Shown: positions 27,733 through 37,039, counted from the whole stretch's first letter. The stretch is 59,100 nucleotides of DNA, filler included, from 4 parts of 4 records of this genome joined end to end with filler, not necessarily neighbours in it; one strand, 5' to 3'. Numbers and translations: made by a program. Notes: generated from the sequence alone by a model not told the origin.

Positions 27733-28911
27733 CTAGTATTCAAACTTGCCATACTCGCTTTGGATGGTCAATTTTTTGGTTTCGGATGGTTCTACCCGTC
27801 CAATAATCCGTGCATCTACATCAAAGCTTTGAGAAATAGCAATAATTTTTTTTGCAACCCGCTCATCCACATATAGTTCCATTCGATGGCCACAGTTAAA
27901 AACTTGGTACATCTCTTTCCAATCGGTTCCAGATTGTTCTTGAATCAATTTGAACAGGGGTGGAATCGGGAACAGGTTATTTTTGACTATGTGCAGATTG
28001 TCCACAAAATGAAGAATCTTGGTCTGGGCTCCGCCACTGCAATGCACCATCCCATGGATTTCATCGGAAGAATATTGCTCCAATATTTTTTTGATGATGG
28101 GTGCGTATGTTCGCGTAGGCGACAAAACCAATTTCCCTGCATCAAGGGGTGAACCGGGCACCTCATCGGTTAGTTTTGTATTGCCCGAATACACCAATTC
28201 ATCAGGAACAGATGCATCAAAACTTTCCGGGTATTTTTCTGCTAGATATTTTGAAAAAACGTCATGTCGCGCGGAAGTCAATCCATTACTGCCCATTCCG
28301 CCGTTATATTCGGTTTCGTAGCTCGCCTTTCCGAAGGAGGCCAACCCAACAATTACATCTCCAGCCTTGATATTGGCGTTATCAATGATATTTTTTCGTT
28401 CCATTCTGGCCGTTACGGTGGAATCAACTATTATAGTACGCACCAAATCGCCAACATCTGCAGTTTCACCTCCCGTGGAACGGATGGTGATGCCATGTTT
28501 GTCCAAATCGGATATCAATTCTTCGGTACCATTGATAATGGCCGAAATTACTTCCCCTGGAATCAAATTTTTGTTCCTTCCTATGGTAGAAGAAAGCATA
28601 ATATTATCTGTGGCTCCGACGCAAATCAAATCATCCACGTTCATGATAAGTGCATCTTGCGCAATCCCTTTCCAAACCGAAACATCTCCTGTTTCTTTCC
28701 AATACATGTATGCCAAAGAGGATTTTGTTCCCGCACCATCGGCGTGCATTACCAAACAATGGTCTTCGCTACCTGTTAAATAATCGGGTACAATTTTACA
28801 GAACGCTTTAGGAAACAGTCCTTTATCAATATTCTTGATGGCGTTGTGCACATCTTCCTTCGAGGCAGAAACACCTCTTTGAGCATATCTTTTACTGGTA
28901 TCCGATGACAT
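27733..28911 (-). CDS. purM: AIR synthase (Bacteroidetes-type PurM)
   Basis: YAQRGVSASKEDVH, HADGAGTK, GGETADVGD, GMGSNGLT, MYQVFNCGH. Confidence 0.93.
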   Translation of the reverse strand: MSSDTSKRYAQRGVSASKEDVHNAIKNIDKGLFPKAFCKIVPDYLTGSEDHCLVMHADGAGTKSSLAYMYWKETGDVSVWKGIAQDALIMNVDDLICVGATDNIMLSSTIGRNKNLIPGEVISAIINGTEELISDLDKHGITIRSTGGETADVGDLVRTIIVDSTVTARMERKNIIDNANIKAGDVIVGLASFGKASYETEYNGGMGSNGLTSARHDVFSKYLAEKYPESFDASVPDELVYSGNTKLTDEVPGSPLDAGKLVLSPTRTYAPIIKKILEQYSSDEIHGMVHCSGGAQTKILHFVDNLHIVKNNLFPIPPLFKLIQEQSGTDWKEMYQVFNCGHRMELYVDERVAKKIIAISQSFDVDARIIGRVEPSETKKLTIQSEYGKFEY

Positions 28912-28925
28912 ATGAAAGGTTTGGG

Positions 28926-28933
28926 CAAAAATA
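28926..28933 (-). promoter_or_regulatory. Bacteroidetes -7 promoter element of purM
   Basis: TATTTTTG on the minus strand, 15 nt upstream of the ATG. Confidence 0.6.
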
Positions 28934-28991
28934 ACGGAAAGCCATCAAACTATTGATATGCTTTCCGTGTTTTCAATTTTTCTTGAGTGTT

Positions 28992-31178
28992 CTATTTGGA
29001 AAACAACATTTCGCGGTATTTGGTAAATGGCCAGAATTCATCGGCTATCAATTTCTCCAAGGCATCGGAATGCTCCCGTATCTTCTCAAAATACGGCTTT
29101 ACATTGTTACAGTATGCCTGGGCCTTTTTATCCACTACGGACATTCCGTTGGCCCTTTTACGGGCATCGGCCATTTCATCGGTCAATCTTTTTATTTCAA
29201 CAATATGTTCCCCTATCTGCTCCAAAATGTTCAATTGTCCCTCGGCCACTTTTTTATGAGCTGCCCCATAGACTTCTTTGAGACCACTGATGTTTTCCAG
29301 CAGCATATTTTGATATTTTACTGCTGCAGGAATGATATGATTATAGACCATTTCACCCAATACACGGCCCTCTATTTGGATATGGAAGATGTATGCTCCC
29401 AATTCCACCTCTTTGTGGGCCTTGAGTTCCACTTCGTTCATCACATCCATCTGCTTGAAGAGGTCGATACTCTCCTTTGCAGTGATTACCTGAAGGGCCT
29501 CTGGTGTATTTTTATTGAAGCTCAGTTTTCGCCTTCTTGCCTCTTCCTGCCATTCTATTCCGTAACCATCACCTTCAAAACGAATACGCTTGGAGGTTTT
29601 GATATACTCCCGAAGCACATTGAAAACGGCTTCGTCCTTTTTCAGGTTTTTCTTGTCTATCAATACATCAACCTCCTTTTTAAAGTCGGTCAGCTGTTTG
29701 GCCATGATCGTATTGAGCATGGTCATGGGCTTGGCGCAGTTCAACTTGGAGCCCACACCCCGCATTTCAAACTTGTTGCCCGTAAAGGCGAACGGTGATG
29801 TTCTGTTTCTATCGGTGTTGTCCAATAAAATTTCAGGAATCTTACCCACCACGTTAAGCTTAAGCTCTGTCTTTTCCTGGGGCGATAGCTTTCCTTTGGA
29901 AACACCCTCCAATTCATCGAGTACATCGCTGAGTTGTTTACCAATAAATATGGAAATGATCGGTGGCGGTGCTTCATTGGCCCCCAATCGATGATCGTTA
30001 CTTGCGGAGGCAATGGATGCCCTCAACAATTCTTCATAGGTGTCCACGGCTTTGATGGTATTCACGAAAAACGTCAAAAACTGTAGGTTTTTCATGGGTG
30101 TTGTACCCGGGCTCAACAGGTTGACCCCTGTATCGGTGGCCAACGACCAATTATTGTGTTTACCCGAACCGTTGATTCCCGCAAATGGCTTTTCGTGGAA
30201 CAACACCGAAAAATTATATTTATCGGCAATCTCTTCCATCACATCCATAAGCAATAGGTTATGGTCTACGGACAGATTGGCTTCTTCAAAAACCGGGGCC
30301 AGTTCAAACTGGTTTGGAGCCACCTCATTATGACGGGTTTTCACGGGAATGCCAAGTTTGGTACACTCTTTTTCCAGTTCACTCATAAAGCCCAGTACCC
30401 GGGCGGGTATCACACCAAAATAATGGTCATCAAGCTGTTGACCTTTAGCGGAAAAACTTCCCACCAGGGTACGGCCGGTTACGGAGAGGTCCAATCGGGA
30501 ATTGGCCAGTGCCTTGTCTATCAAAAAATATTCTTGCTCCCACCCTAATGTGGCGTGGACTTTTCTTACATTTTTATCAAAATATTGCGCCACTCCTGTT
30601 GCAGCTTGGTCAACTGCTTGCAAAGCTCGAAGCAAAGGAGCTTTGTTATCCAAAGCCTCGCCTGTGTAGGCCACAAATATGGTGGGGATACAAAGTGTTG
30701 TCTTATAGACAAATGCCGGTGAGGTTGGATCCCATGCGGTATATCCGCGTGCTTCAAAAGTATTTCGGATTCCACCGCTCGGAAAACTGGAAGCATCTGG
30801 TTCTTGCTGTACCAATTGTGCTCCCCCAAACTTTTCCATTGCCTTGCCGTTGGGCAGAATATCAAAAAATGCATCGTGCTTCTCTGCCGTTGCACCTGTC
30901 AAGGGCTGAAACCAATGCGTATAGTGCGTAGCTCCCATGGAAAGTGCCCAGGCCTTCATGCCCTCGGCTACTTGGTCCGCAATCTTTCTATCTATTTTTG
31001 TGCCTTGGAAAATAGCTGATTTTACTTTTTCGAATGCTTCACCGGTAAGAAATTGAAGCATCTTATCTTCATTGAAAACATTTTTCGCAAATAGGTCCGA
31101 TCTTTTGCCTGTTTCATCAATATTGATATGTTCCCTATTGCGGCTTTCGACCAAAGCTTGAAATCTTGTTTTCGGCAT
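28992..31178 (-). CDS. Glutamine synthetase type III
   Basis: THYTHWFQPLTG, EPDASSFPSGG, GWEQEYFL, HNEVAPNQFE, HEKPFAGINGSGKHNNWS, DRNRTSPFAFTGNKFEMR; ATG at 31178. Confidence 0.96.
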   Translation of the reverse strand: MPKTRFQALVESRNREHINIDETGKRSDLFAKNVFNEDKMLQFLTGEAFEKVKSAIFQGTKIDRKIADQVAEGMKAWALSMGATHYTHWFQPLTGATAEKHDAFFDILPNGKAMEKFGGAQLVQQEPDASSFPSGGIRNTFEARGYTAWDPTSPAFVYKTTLCIPTIFVAYTGEALDNKAPLLRALQAVDQAATGVAQYFDKNVRKVHATLGWEQEYFLIDKALANSRLDLSVTGRTLVGSFSAKGQQLDDHYFGVIPARVLGFMSELEKECTKLGIPVKTRHNEVAPNQFELAPVFEEANLSVDHNLLLMDVMEEIADKYNFSVLFHEKPFAGINGSGKHNNWSLATDTGVNLLSPGTTPMKNLQFLTFFVNTIKAVDTYEELLRASIASASNDHRLGANEAPPPIISIFIGKQLSDVLDELEGVSKGKLSPQEKTELKLNVVGKIPEILLDNTDRNRTSPFAFTGNKFEMRGVGSKLNCAKPMTMLNTIMAKQLTDFKKEVDVLIDKKNLKKDEAVFNVLREYIKTSKRIRFEGDGYGIEWQEEARRRKLSFNKNTPEALQVITAKESIDLFKQMDVMNEVELKAHKEVELGAYIFHIQIEGRVLGEMVYNHIIPAAVKYQNMLLENISGLKEVYGAAHKKVAEGQLNILEQIGEHIVEIKRLTDEMADARKRANGMSVVDKKAQAYCNNVKPYFEKIREHSDALEKLIADEFWPFTKYREMLFSK

Positions 31179-31344
31179 ATTCAATAATTTTTAATTTTCA
31201 AATCTACAATTAAGAATTTAATAATTTAAACTTCAAAAATTACTTTTTTTTCATTGATCCCTTTCAAAAACAGGGGTAATATAAATAATAAAGGGAAGTT
31301 TGTGATTTTACCCCCTTAAAACATTGATAATTAAATGAAAAAAC

Positions 31345-31352
31345 TATTTTTG
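31345..31352 (+). promoter_or_regulatory. Bacteroidetes -7 promoter element of the GSII gene
   Basis: TATTTTTG upstream of the ATG at 31390. Confidence 0.6.
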
Positions 31353-31389
31353 TTAATCATAAAATTGAGAACGATTAACTACCAGAATT

Positions 31390-32400
31390 ATGAGCAAATC
31401 TAAATTAGAGTATCTATGGTTGGATGGTTATGAGCCAACAGCCAACATTAGAAGCAAGACTAGAATTGAGGAAGATTTTAGCGGTAAATTGGAAGACTGC
31501 CCTACGTGGTCCTTCGATGGTTCTTCTACCAAACAAGCCGAAGGTGGTTCCTCTGACTGCCTGTTGAAGCCTGTTGCAATTTACCCTGATCCAGCAAGAA
31601 GAAATGGTTATTTGGTAATGACCGAGGTGTTGAACCCTGATGGAACTCCACACGCGAGCAACTCCAGAGCTACTATCGATGATGAGGATGACGACTTCTG
31701 GTTTGGATTTGAGCAGGAATACTTTATTATGGACACTGCAACTCAGTTGCCACTGGGCTTTCCTGTTGGAGGTTATCCAGGACCACAAGGTCTATACTAC
31801 TGTTCCGTTGGTGGAAGAAACACTTGGGGCAGAGACCTAGTTGAGGAGCACGCCGACCTTTGTTTGGACGCTGGTCTTCAGTTCGAAGGTATCAACCAAG
31901 AAGTTGCCGCTGGACAGTGGGAATTCCAATTGTTCGCCAAAGGTGCCAAGAAAGCCGGTGATGAAATTTGGGTTGCACGCTATATGCTACAAAGATTGAC
32001 CGAGAGCTACGGTTACTATATTGAGTACCATCCAAAACCTATCAAAGGTGACTGGAACGGTTCCGGTATGCACGCCAACTTCTCCAACGAGCTTTTAAGA
32101 ACTTGCGGGTCTAAAGAAATTTACGAAAAAGTATGTGAAGCTTTCCGTCCGGTGACCAAAGAGCACATTGCCGTTTATGGTGAGTACAATGATGAGCGAT
32201 TGACCGGTAAGCACGAAACTGCTTCCATTAGCGATTTTAGCTACGGAGTTTCCGATAGGGGTGCTTCCATCAGAATCCCTATTATGACCGTTGAAAGAGG
32301 CTGGAAAGGATGGTTGGAAGATAGAAGACCTGCTTCCAATGCCGATCCTTACAAAGTTGCGGCCGTTATCGTAAAAACGGTTAAATCCGCAAAAGTATAA
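31390..32400 (+). CDS. Glutamine synthetase type II
   Basis: LEYLWLDG, WSFDGSST, FGFEQEY, PQGLYYC, EVAAGQWEFQ, DWNGSGMHANFS, RLTGKHET, EDRRPASNADPY. Confidence 0.96.
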   Translation: MSKSKLEYLWLDGYEPTANIRSKTRIEEDFSGKLEDCPTWSFDGSSTKQAEGGSSDCLLKPVAIYPDPARRNGYLVMTEVLNPDGTPHASNSRATIDDEDDDFWFGFEQEYFIMDTATQLPLGFPVGGYPGPQGLYYCSVGGRNTWGRDLVEEHADLCLDAGLQFEGINQEVAAGQWEFQLFAKGAKKAGDEIWVARYMLQRLTESYGYYIEYHPKPIKGDWNGSGMHANFSNELLRTCGSKEIYEKVCEAFRPVTKEHIAVYGEYNDERLTGKHETASISDFSYGVSDRGASIRIPIMTVERGWKGWLEDRRPASNADPYKVAAVIVKTVKSAKV

Positions 32401-32436
32401 TAAACACGTATATAAATTAGTTGTTGATTATAGATG

Positions 32437-32466
32437 AAAACCGTCCCGCTTTTTGGGGCGGTTTTT
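32437..32466. terminator. Bidirectional terminator between convergent genes
   Basis: AAAACCGTCCC-GCTTTTT-GGGGCGGTTTTT. Confidence 0.75.
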
Positions 32467-33403
32467 ATTTTATGGTAAAATAAACAAAGGTGACGTAAAA
32501 AGCCAAGAGAATCAATCCGTCTCTCCAGCCCAAACGCAATCCCTTGGGAAAGAAAACCAAAGGAAGAACAAGAAAGGATATTCCCAACATCCAAAAAATA
32601 TCACTGGACAATAAACCTTGGTCCATAACTGTAATTGGAGTAATAATTGATGTTATACCCAGTACGGCCAACAGATTAAAAATGTTGGAACCAATCAAGT
32701 TCCCAAGAGATATTGCTTTTTCCTTTTTTAGTACCGCGATTACCGATGCCGCCAATTCCGGAATGCTTGTGCCTACCGAGACTATTGTGATTCCAATTAT
32801 ACGATCGCTTACCCCAAAAGAGGATGCCAATCCTACGGAGCCATCTATCAACAATTCCGAACCTCCCCAAAGCGCCGTCCCCCCTATTCCCAAAAAGAGA
32901 ACGATCTTATACAGAGGCAAAGGCACATCATCCTCTGGCATTTCATCCACAACAGCTGTTTTCTGAAATCTTAAAAGGTAGACCAAAAACACAAATAGAA
33001 AGGATACTAAAATAATCCCTTCGTATTGCTGAAGCTCTCCATCAAAATATATAAAACCACCAAAGAGCAAAGAAGCAAGCATCATAACGGGCCAATCCGT
33101 AGTATAGAAGCTCTTTCTTACATCTATACTACCCATTATAACGGTAATGGCCAAAACCAGTCCTAAATTAGCTATGTTGGAACCGACCACATTACCTAGT
33201 GCCAAGTCGGGAAAACCATCAAGGGCCGCTTTTATACTAACTATCAGTTCAGGGGCTGAGGTGGCAAAGGAAACCACCGTCATGCCGACGACAATCTTGG
33301 GAATATTCATTCTAAGGGATAATGCCACTGCCGATTTTAACAACCAGTTTCCGCCTGCAATCAACAGTACCAACCCCAAAACAATAAAAAGTAAATTTCC
33401 CAA
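32465..33403 (-). CDS. Calcium/sodium antiporter (CaCA, YrbG-like)
   Basis: Alpha repeats ATSAPEL...GNVVGSNIAN and GTSIPEL...GNLIGSNIFN; TTG start; TATCTTTG promoter at 33420-33427 (-). Confidence 0.93.
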   Translation of the reverse strand: MGNLLFIVLGLVLLIAGGNWLLKSAVALSLRMNIPKIVVGMTVVSFATSAPELIVSIKAALDGFPDLALGNVVGSNIANLGLVLAITVIMGSIDVRKSFYTTDWPVMMLASLLFGGFIYFDGELQQYEGIILVSFLFVFLVYLLRFQKTAVVDEMPEDDVPLPLYKIVLFLGIGGTALWGGSELLIDGSVGLASSFGVSDRIIGITIVSVGTSIPELAASVIAVLKKEKAISLGNLIGSNIFNLLAVLGITSIITPITVMDQGLLSSDIFWMLGISFLVLPLVFFPKGLRLGWRDGLILLAFYVTFVYFTIK

Positions 33404-33469
33404 AAAGTAATTTTTCGGTCAAAGATAAGGGAAGAAACCCGCAACCAAGAAGGTTATCTAAAAAATAAA

Positions 33470-33534
33470 AACTATAAAAATAGTTAATAAACTATAAAAA
33501 TAGTTGTTTAACTAAATTATTAGTATTAGGTTTG
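33470..33534 (+). promoter_or_regulatory. Three phased palindromic operators plus -7 promoter of blaI-like gene
   Basis: AACTATAAAAATAGTT (33470), AACTATAAAAATAGTT (33490), AACTAAATTATTAGTA (33510), then TAGGTTTG (33527-33534). Confidence 0.85.
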
Positions 33535-33554
33535 AACCATATAAGTACAGAATC

Positions 33555-33914
33555 ATGCAAAAATTGACCAATAAGGAAGAGGAAATCATGAAAATTCTCT
33601 GGGAGCTCAAGAAGGCTTTCGTTAAGGAAATCCTAGAGGAGATTCAAGGTGAAAAACCGCATTACAATACGCTATCTACTATTGTTAGGAATTTACAGGA
33701 AAAAGGGTTTGTTGACTACGAAGCGTTCGGTAACACTCATAGATATTTCCCCGTAGTAACAAAGGAAGAGTATAGAAAAAAGTATGTGAACGCTGCCATT
33801 GCCGATTATTACAACGACTCTTTTAAAAGTTTGGTCTCCCACTTTGCGCAGGAGGAGAAAATTTCCATTTCGGAACTCAAAGAAATCATTGACTTAATAG
33901 AAAAGAAGAAGTAA
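33555..33914 (+). CDS. BlaI/MecI/CopY family transcriptional repressor
   Basis: LTNKEEEIMKILW, HYNTLSTIVRNLQEKGFV, YFPVVTKEEY. Confidence 0.96.
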   Translation: MQKLTNKEEEIMKILWELKKAFVKEILEEIQGEKPHYNTLSTIVRNLQEKGFVDYEAFGNTHRYFPVVTKEEYRKKYVNAAIADYYNDSFKSLVSHFAQEEKISISELKEIIDLIEKKK

Positions 33915-35629
33915 TGGAACCGATATTCATGTATCTTTTACAGTCCATCGTTATCTCTGGAGGTTTTTTGGCGGTGTATCATATTTTCTTAAAACATGAA
34001 ACCCTTTTCAAAGAGAATAGATTGTTTCTTTTATCGGGTTTGGCATTGACCTTTTTGTTTCCTCTGATAAAAATCAAGAGAAACATTGTGGTTGACCGAC
34101 CTATATTCACTGAAACCGGAGAGCAGTTATCCCAAGTGGCTCAAACAGCTTCTGAAAGTGTTTGGCACTCACCAGAAAACATTCTTCTTACCTTATACAT
34201 AGGAGTCTGTATATTCTTAACGAGAAGATTTATTTTGAAGCTGGCTTCACTAAAAAAACTGGCCCAAAATGCATATCGAAGAAGAGAAAGACCGTTTTTG
34301 CACATGCAAACGGAAAAGAGAATCTACCCCTTCTCCTTTTTTAATTACATTTTTTACAATCCTAGTCTTTTTGAACCCAACGAGCTGCACTCGGTTCTAG
34401 AACATGAAAAAGTACATGCCCGGCAGCTTCACACCTTGGACATATTATTATTGGAAGTTTTAAAAATATTTTTCTGGTTCAACCCTGCATTGTGGTTTTA
34501 CAAAAGTGCCGTAAAACAAAACCTGGAATATTTGGCCGATCACTTTGCCATTGCAAACGCAGGCGACAAAAAATCCTACCAGTATCTGATGCTAAAACAA
34601 GCGGTAGATACTCAGGAATACACTTTAGCCAATTCATTTTATAATTCATTAATCAAAAAGCGAATAGTCATGTTAAATCAAAATCAATCCAAAAAAATCA
34701 ATGTGCTCAAAACGTTAATGGTCGCACCATTATTAGGGCTGCTGTTGGTCAGCTTTAATATTGAGGAAAATTTTCTCTATAAAGATCTGGACAGCATAGA
34801 TAGTGTTATCGGCAACGAAACAGCCCCAAAAGATAAAACGGTGGAGTTGACGATCGACAAAAACACTACTGATACCGAACTGGACAAAATAAAAAAGGAT
34901 CTGGCCAAAGACGGTATCGACTTTAGCTACACGACCGTTAGAAACGATAACAAGGAAATTATTGATATTTCCCTACAAATGAGCGGTAAAAACTCCAAGG
35001 GGAAAACGTTTAGCGGCAATTATAGTAGCAATTCCGATGACGCTATCGACCCCATAACGGTATTGTTTGATGATGAGAGCAACGCAGTTTCTTTTTGGAA
35101 TGCAAGAAAGAAAAACGTAAGAATCCATAAAATTAAGGGAACAGGCACTATTAGCACCGGTGACAGCACCAAAATAATCATTAGGAAGAGGGATGATAAA
35201 AAAATAGTGATCGTGGACGGTAAACAACTGAGTGATGAAGAGGTTAAAGAACTTCATATTGGCAGTAACTCATCTCTACATGTTATTGATGAGGATTCTG
35301 ACTTGGAAAACAAACATGTTACTATCCGAAAAATCGAGAAAAAAGGAAAAGGGAACCATGTTATGGTCATCAGGGATTCTGATGACGATAAGGACATTGA
35401 AGTGATAAGCGGGGACGATGACTCGAGCTATTTTTTTATAGACAATGACGGTAAAGGGGAGTCACTATATTATGTGGATGGCAAAAAGGCCAAATCAGAG
35501 GATATCAAAAAAATTGACCCCAAAGACATTGAGCGTATGGATGTATTAAAAGGCGATAAGGCGGTTGAAAAATATGGCAAGAAAGCCAAAAATGGAGTTA
35601 TTGAAATAACAACGAAAAAAAGCAAATAA
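33914..35629 (+). CDS. BlaR1-like M56 metallopeptidase with C-terminal TonB-dependent-receptor plug-like domain
   Basis: TM helices, PFSFFNYIF, HEKVH (HExxH), WFNP, EYLAD, IKKRIVML; C-terminal YYVDGK...IERMDVLKG...YGKKAKNGVIEITTK. Confidence 0.9.
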   Translation: MEPIFMYLLQSIVISGGFLAVYHIFLKHETLFKENRLFLLSGLALTFLFPLIKIKRNIVVDRPIFTETGEQLSQVAQTASESVWHSPENILLTLYIGVCIFLTRRFILKLASLKKLAQNAYRRRERPFLHMQTEKRIYPFSFFNYIFYNPSLFEPNELHSVLEHEKVHARQLHTLDILLLEVLKIFFWFNPALWFYKSAVKQNLEYLADHFAIANAGDKKSYQYLMLKQAVDTQEYTLANSFYNSLIKKRIVMLNQNQSKKINVLKTLMVAPLLGLLLVSFNIEENFLYKDLDSIDSVIGNETAPKDKTVELTIDKNTTDTELDKIKKDLAKDGIDFSYTTVRNDNKEIIDISLQMSGKNSKGKTFSGNYSSNSDDAIDPITVLFDDESNAVSFWNARKKNVRIHKIKGTGTISTGDSTKIIIRKRDDKKIVIVDGKQLSDEEVKELHIGSNSSLHVIDEDSDLENKHVTIRKIEKKGKGNHVMVIRDSDDDKDIEVISGDDDSSYFFIDNDGKGESLYYVDGKKAKSEDIKKIDPKDIERMDVLKGDKAVEKYGKKAKNGVIEITTKKSK

Positions 35630-35660
35630 TTAAACTAGAACCGTATTTTGAATTGTCCGT

Positions 35661-35691
35661 AGAACCGTCTTAGTAAGGCGGTTCTTTTTTT
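35661..35691 (+). terminator. Terminator after blaI-M56 operon
   Basis: AGAACCGTCTT-AGT-AAGGCGGTTCT followed by a T-tract. Confidence 0.8.
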
Positions 35692-36002
35692 ATTATGACA
35701 AACGAAAACCTTAAAATAGGCTCATTTATAAACGAAAGTCCTCTAGGTTTTCAAAGAGAAGGCAAAAAAGCCCCTACAAATATGACATTTTCAAATATAA
35801 AAGTCATTTTAACCTTACAATTTAAAACTTTTTTCAAGGACAGATATTTCAGTTGAAGAAACAAGTCGTTTTTAAGGATACAATCTCGTATTCAATTACA
35901 TTATTTATTGCCTAATCACTTGGAATCATGATATCTATCATTATATATTCGAAGAAACAACAATAAAATAACTGTTTTTTCAAACCTAAAATCAATCAAA
36001 AA

Positions 36003-36068
36003 ATGATAGCAATTGTAAAGTTTTTCATCACACTTCTAGTGCAACTCTTAACGCTTATATTTATTTAG
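36003..36068 (+). CDS. Putative 21-aa hydrophobic small protein (not in ORF track)
   Basis: MIAIVKFFITLLVQLLTLIFI*; A-rich initiation region CTAAAATCAATCAAAAA; TATATTCG promoter-like element at 35944-35951. Confidence 0.45.
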   Translation: MIAIVKFFITLLVQLLTLIFI

Positions 36069-36152
36069 GACCGTTAAGGGTTGCTACATTGTTATTAATG
36101 ACAACCTCTTGTAAACTGGTTTACCTATATTTGTGAAAAGCAACGTATTCTT

Positions 36153-36296
36153 ATGTTTTACAAGATATTGGCAAAAATCAATAAGGCCCTGCTTCCATCA
36201 TACACTAAAAAGGGATTGGACCTCGCCAAAGCTTCCAAACTACAATTGGCCATTATAGGTTGGCGCTACTACGTTACCAAAAATGCGTTGGATTAA
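36153..36296 (+). CDS. Small basic flavobacterial protein (47 aa; not in ORF track)
   Basis: MFYKILAKINKALLPSYTKKGLDLAKASKLQLAIIGWRYYVTKNALD*; TATATTTG promoter at 36126-36133; stop overlaps the apt stop (TTAA). Confidence 0.8.
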   Translation: MFYKILAKINKALLPSYTKKGLDLAKASKLQLAIIGWRYYVTKNALD

Positions 36297-36805
36297 TATT
36301 GGAGCAATACCTCTTTTTGGTATTCTTTTATTTTTTCTGCTCCGTTCAAAAATGTTAGTTCAATCAAAAAATTGCACTGGACCACTTCGCCTCCCAGTTT
36401 TTCCACCAATTTACAAACCGCCCTTGCTGTACCTCCCGTAGCAAGTACATCATCGTGCACCAAGACCCTCTCCCCTGCCTCAATGGCATCCGAATGTATT
36501 TCGAGTGTTCCTGTGCCATATTCCAAATCGTAAGGTTCCGAAATGGTTTTGTACGGAAGCTTTCCGGACTTACGAACGGTTACAAATCCTGCCCCAAGTT
36601 TTTCGGCCAGCATGGGCGCAAAGATAAATCCACGACTATCCACTCCGACCACTTTATCAATTTTCATATTGCTTGTAAAACCCAATAAGGCCTCCCCTGC
36701 TTTTTGGAATGCGAATGGGTTTTTCAATAGTGGGGTAATATCCTTAAAAACGACTCCTGGCTTGGGGAAATCCTCAATATCTCGAATGTAGGGTGCAAAA
36801 TCCAT
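36293..36805 (-). CDS. apt: Adenine phosphoribosyltransferase
   Basis: DFPKPGVVFKDITPLL, DSRGF, RKSGKLP, YDLEYG, VHDDVLATGGT. Confidence 0.98.
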   Translation of the reverse strand: MDFAPYIRDIEDFPKPGVVFKDITPLLKNPFAFQKAGEALLGFTSNMKIDKVVGVDSRGFIFAPMLAEKLGAGFVTVRKSGKLPYKTISEPYDLEYGTGTLEIHSDAIEAGERVLVHDDVLATGGTARAVCKLVEKLGGEVVQCNFLIELTFLNGAEKIKEYQKEVLLQY

Positions 36806-36867
36806 TTTTTGTATGCTAGGGTTTTGTGGTAAAGTTAAAAAGAAATATATTTGCAGCCCTTAAATAA

Positions 36868-36895
36868 GGCCGCGTGGCGCAACTGAATAGCGCAT
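36868..36895 (+). tRNA. tRNA 5' fragment (probably tRNA-Arg), cut by contig end
   Basis: GGCCGCG-TG-GCGCAACTGAATAGCGC acceptor strand and D-arm; TATATTTG promoter at 36846-36853; anticodon not visible, so the isotype is inferred. Confidence 0.75.
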
Positions 36896-36995
36896 NNNNN
36901 NNNNNNNNNNNNNNNNNNNNNNNNNNNNNNNNNNNNNNNTTAATTAATTAANNNNNNNNNNNNNNNNNNNNNNNNNNNNNNNNNNNNNNNNNNNN
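36896..36995. other. Artificial contig spacer
   Basis: N44-TTAATTAATTAA-N44. Confidence 0.99.
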
Positions 36996-37039
36996 AAAAA
37001 TAGCCTCCAGCAGTGGTGAAGATGAGAGATAAACAAGCC

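Noticed and set aside
8911-28911. Apparent purine gene clustering (purH with purU, purM)
   Set aside because: purH is on a different contig; purU and purM are 9 kb apart with unrelated genes between
28953-29798. 281-aa plus-strand ORF and similar long antisense ORFs (23538-24176, 38918-39685, 46400-47191, 55824-56657)
   Set aside because: Antisense shadows of well-supported genes, with no independent motifs
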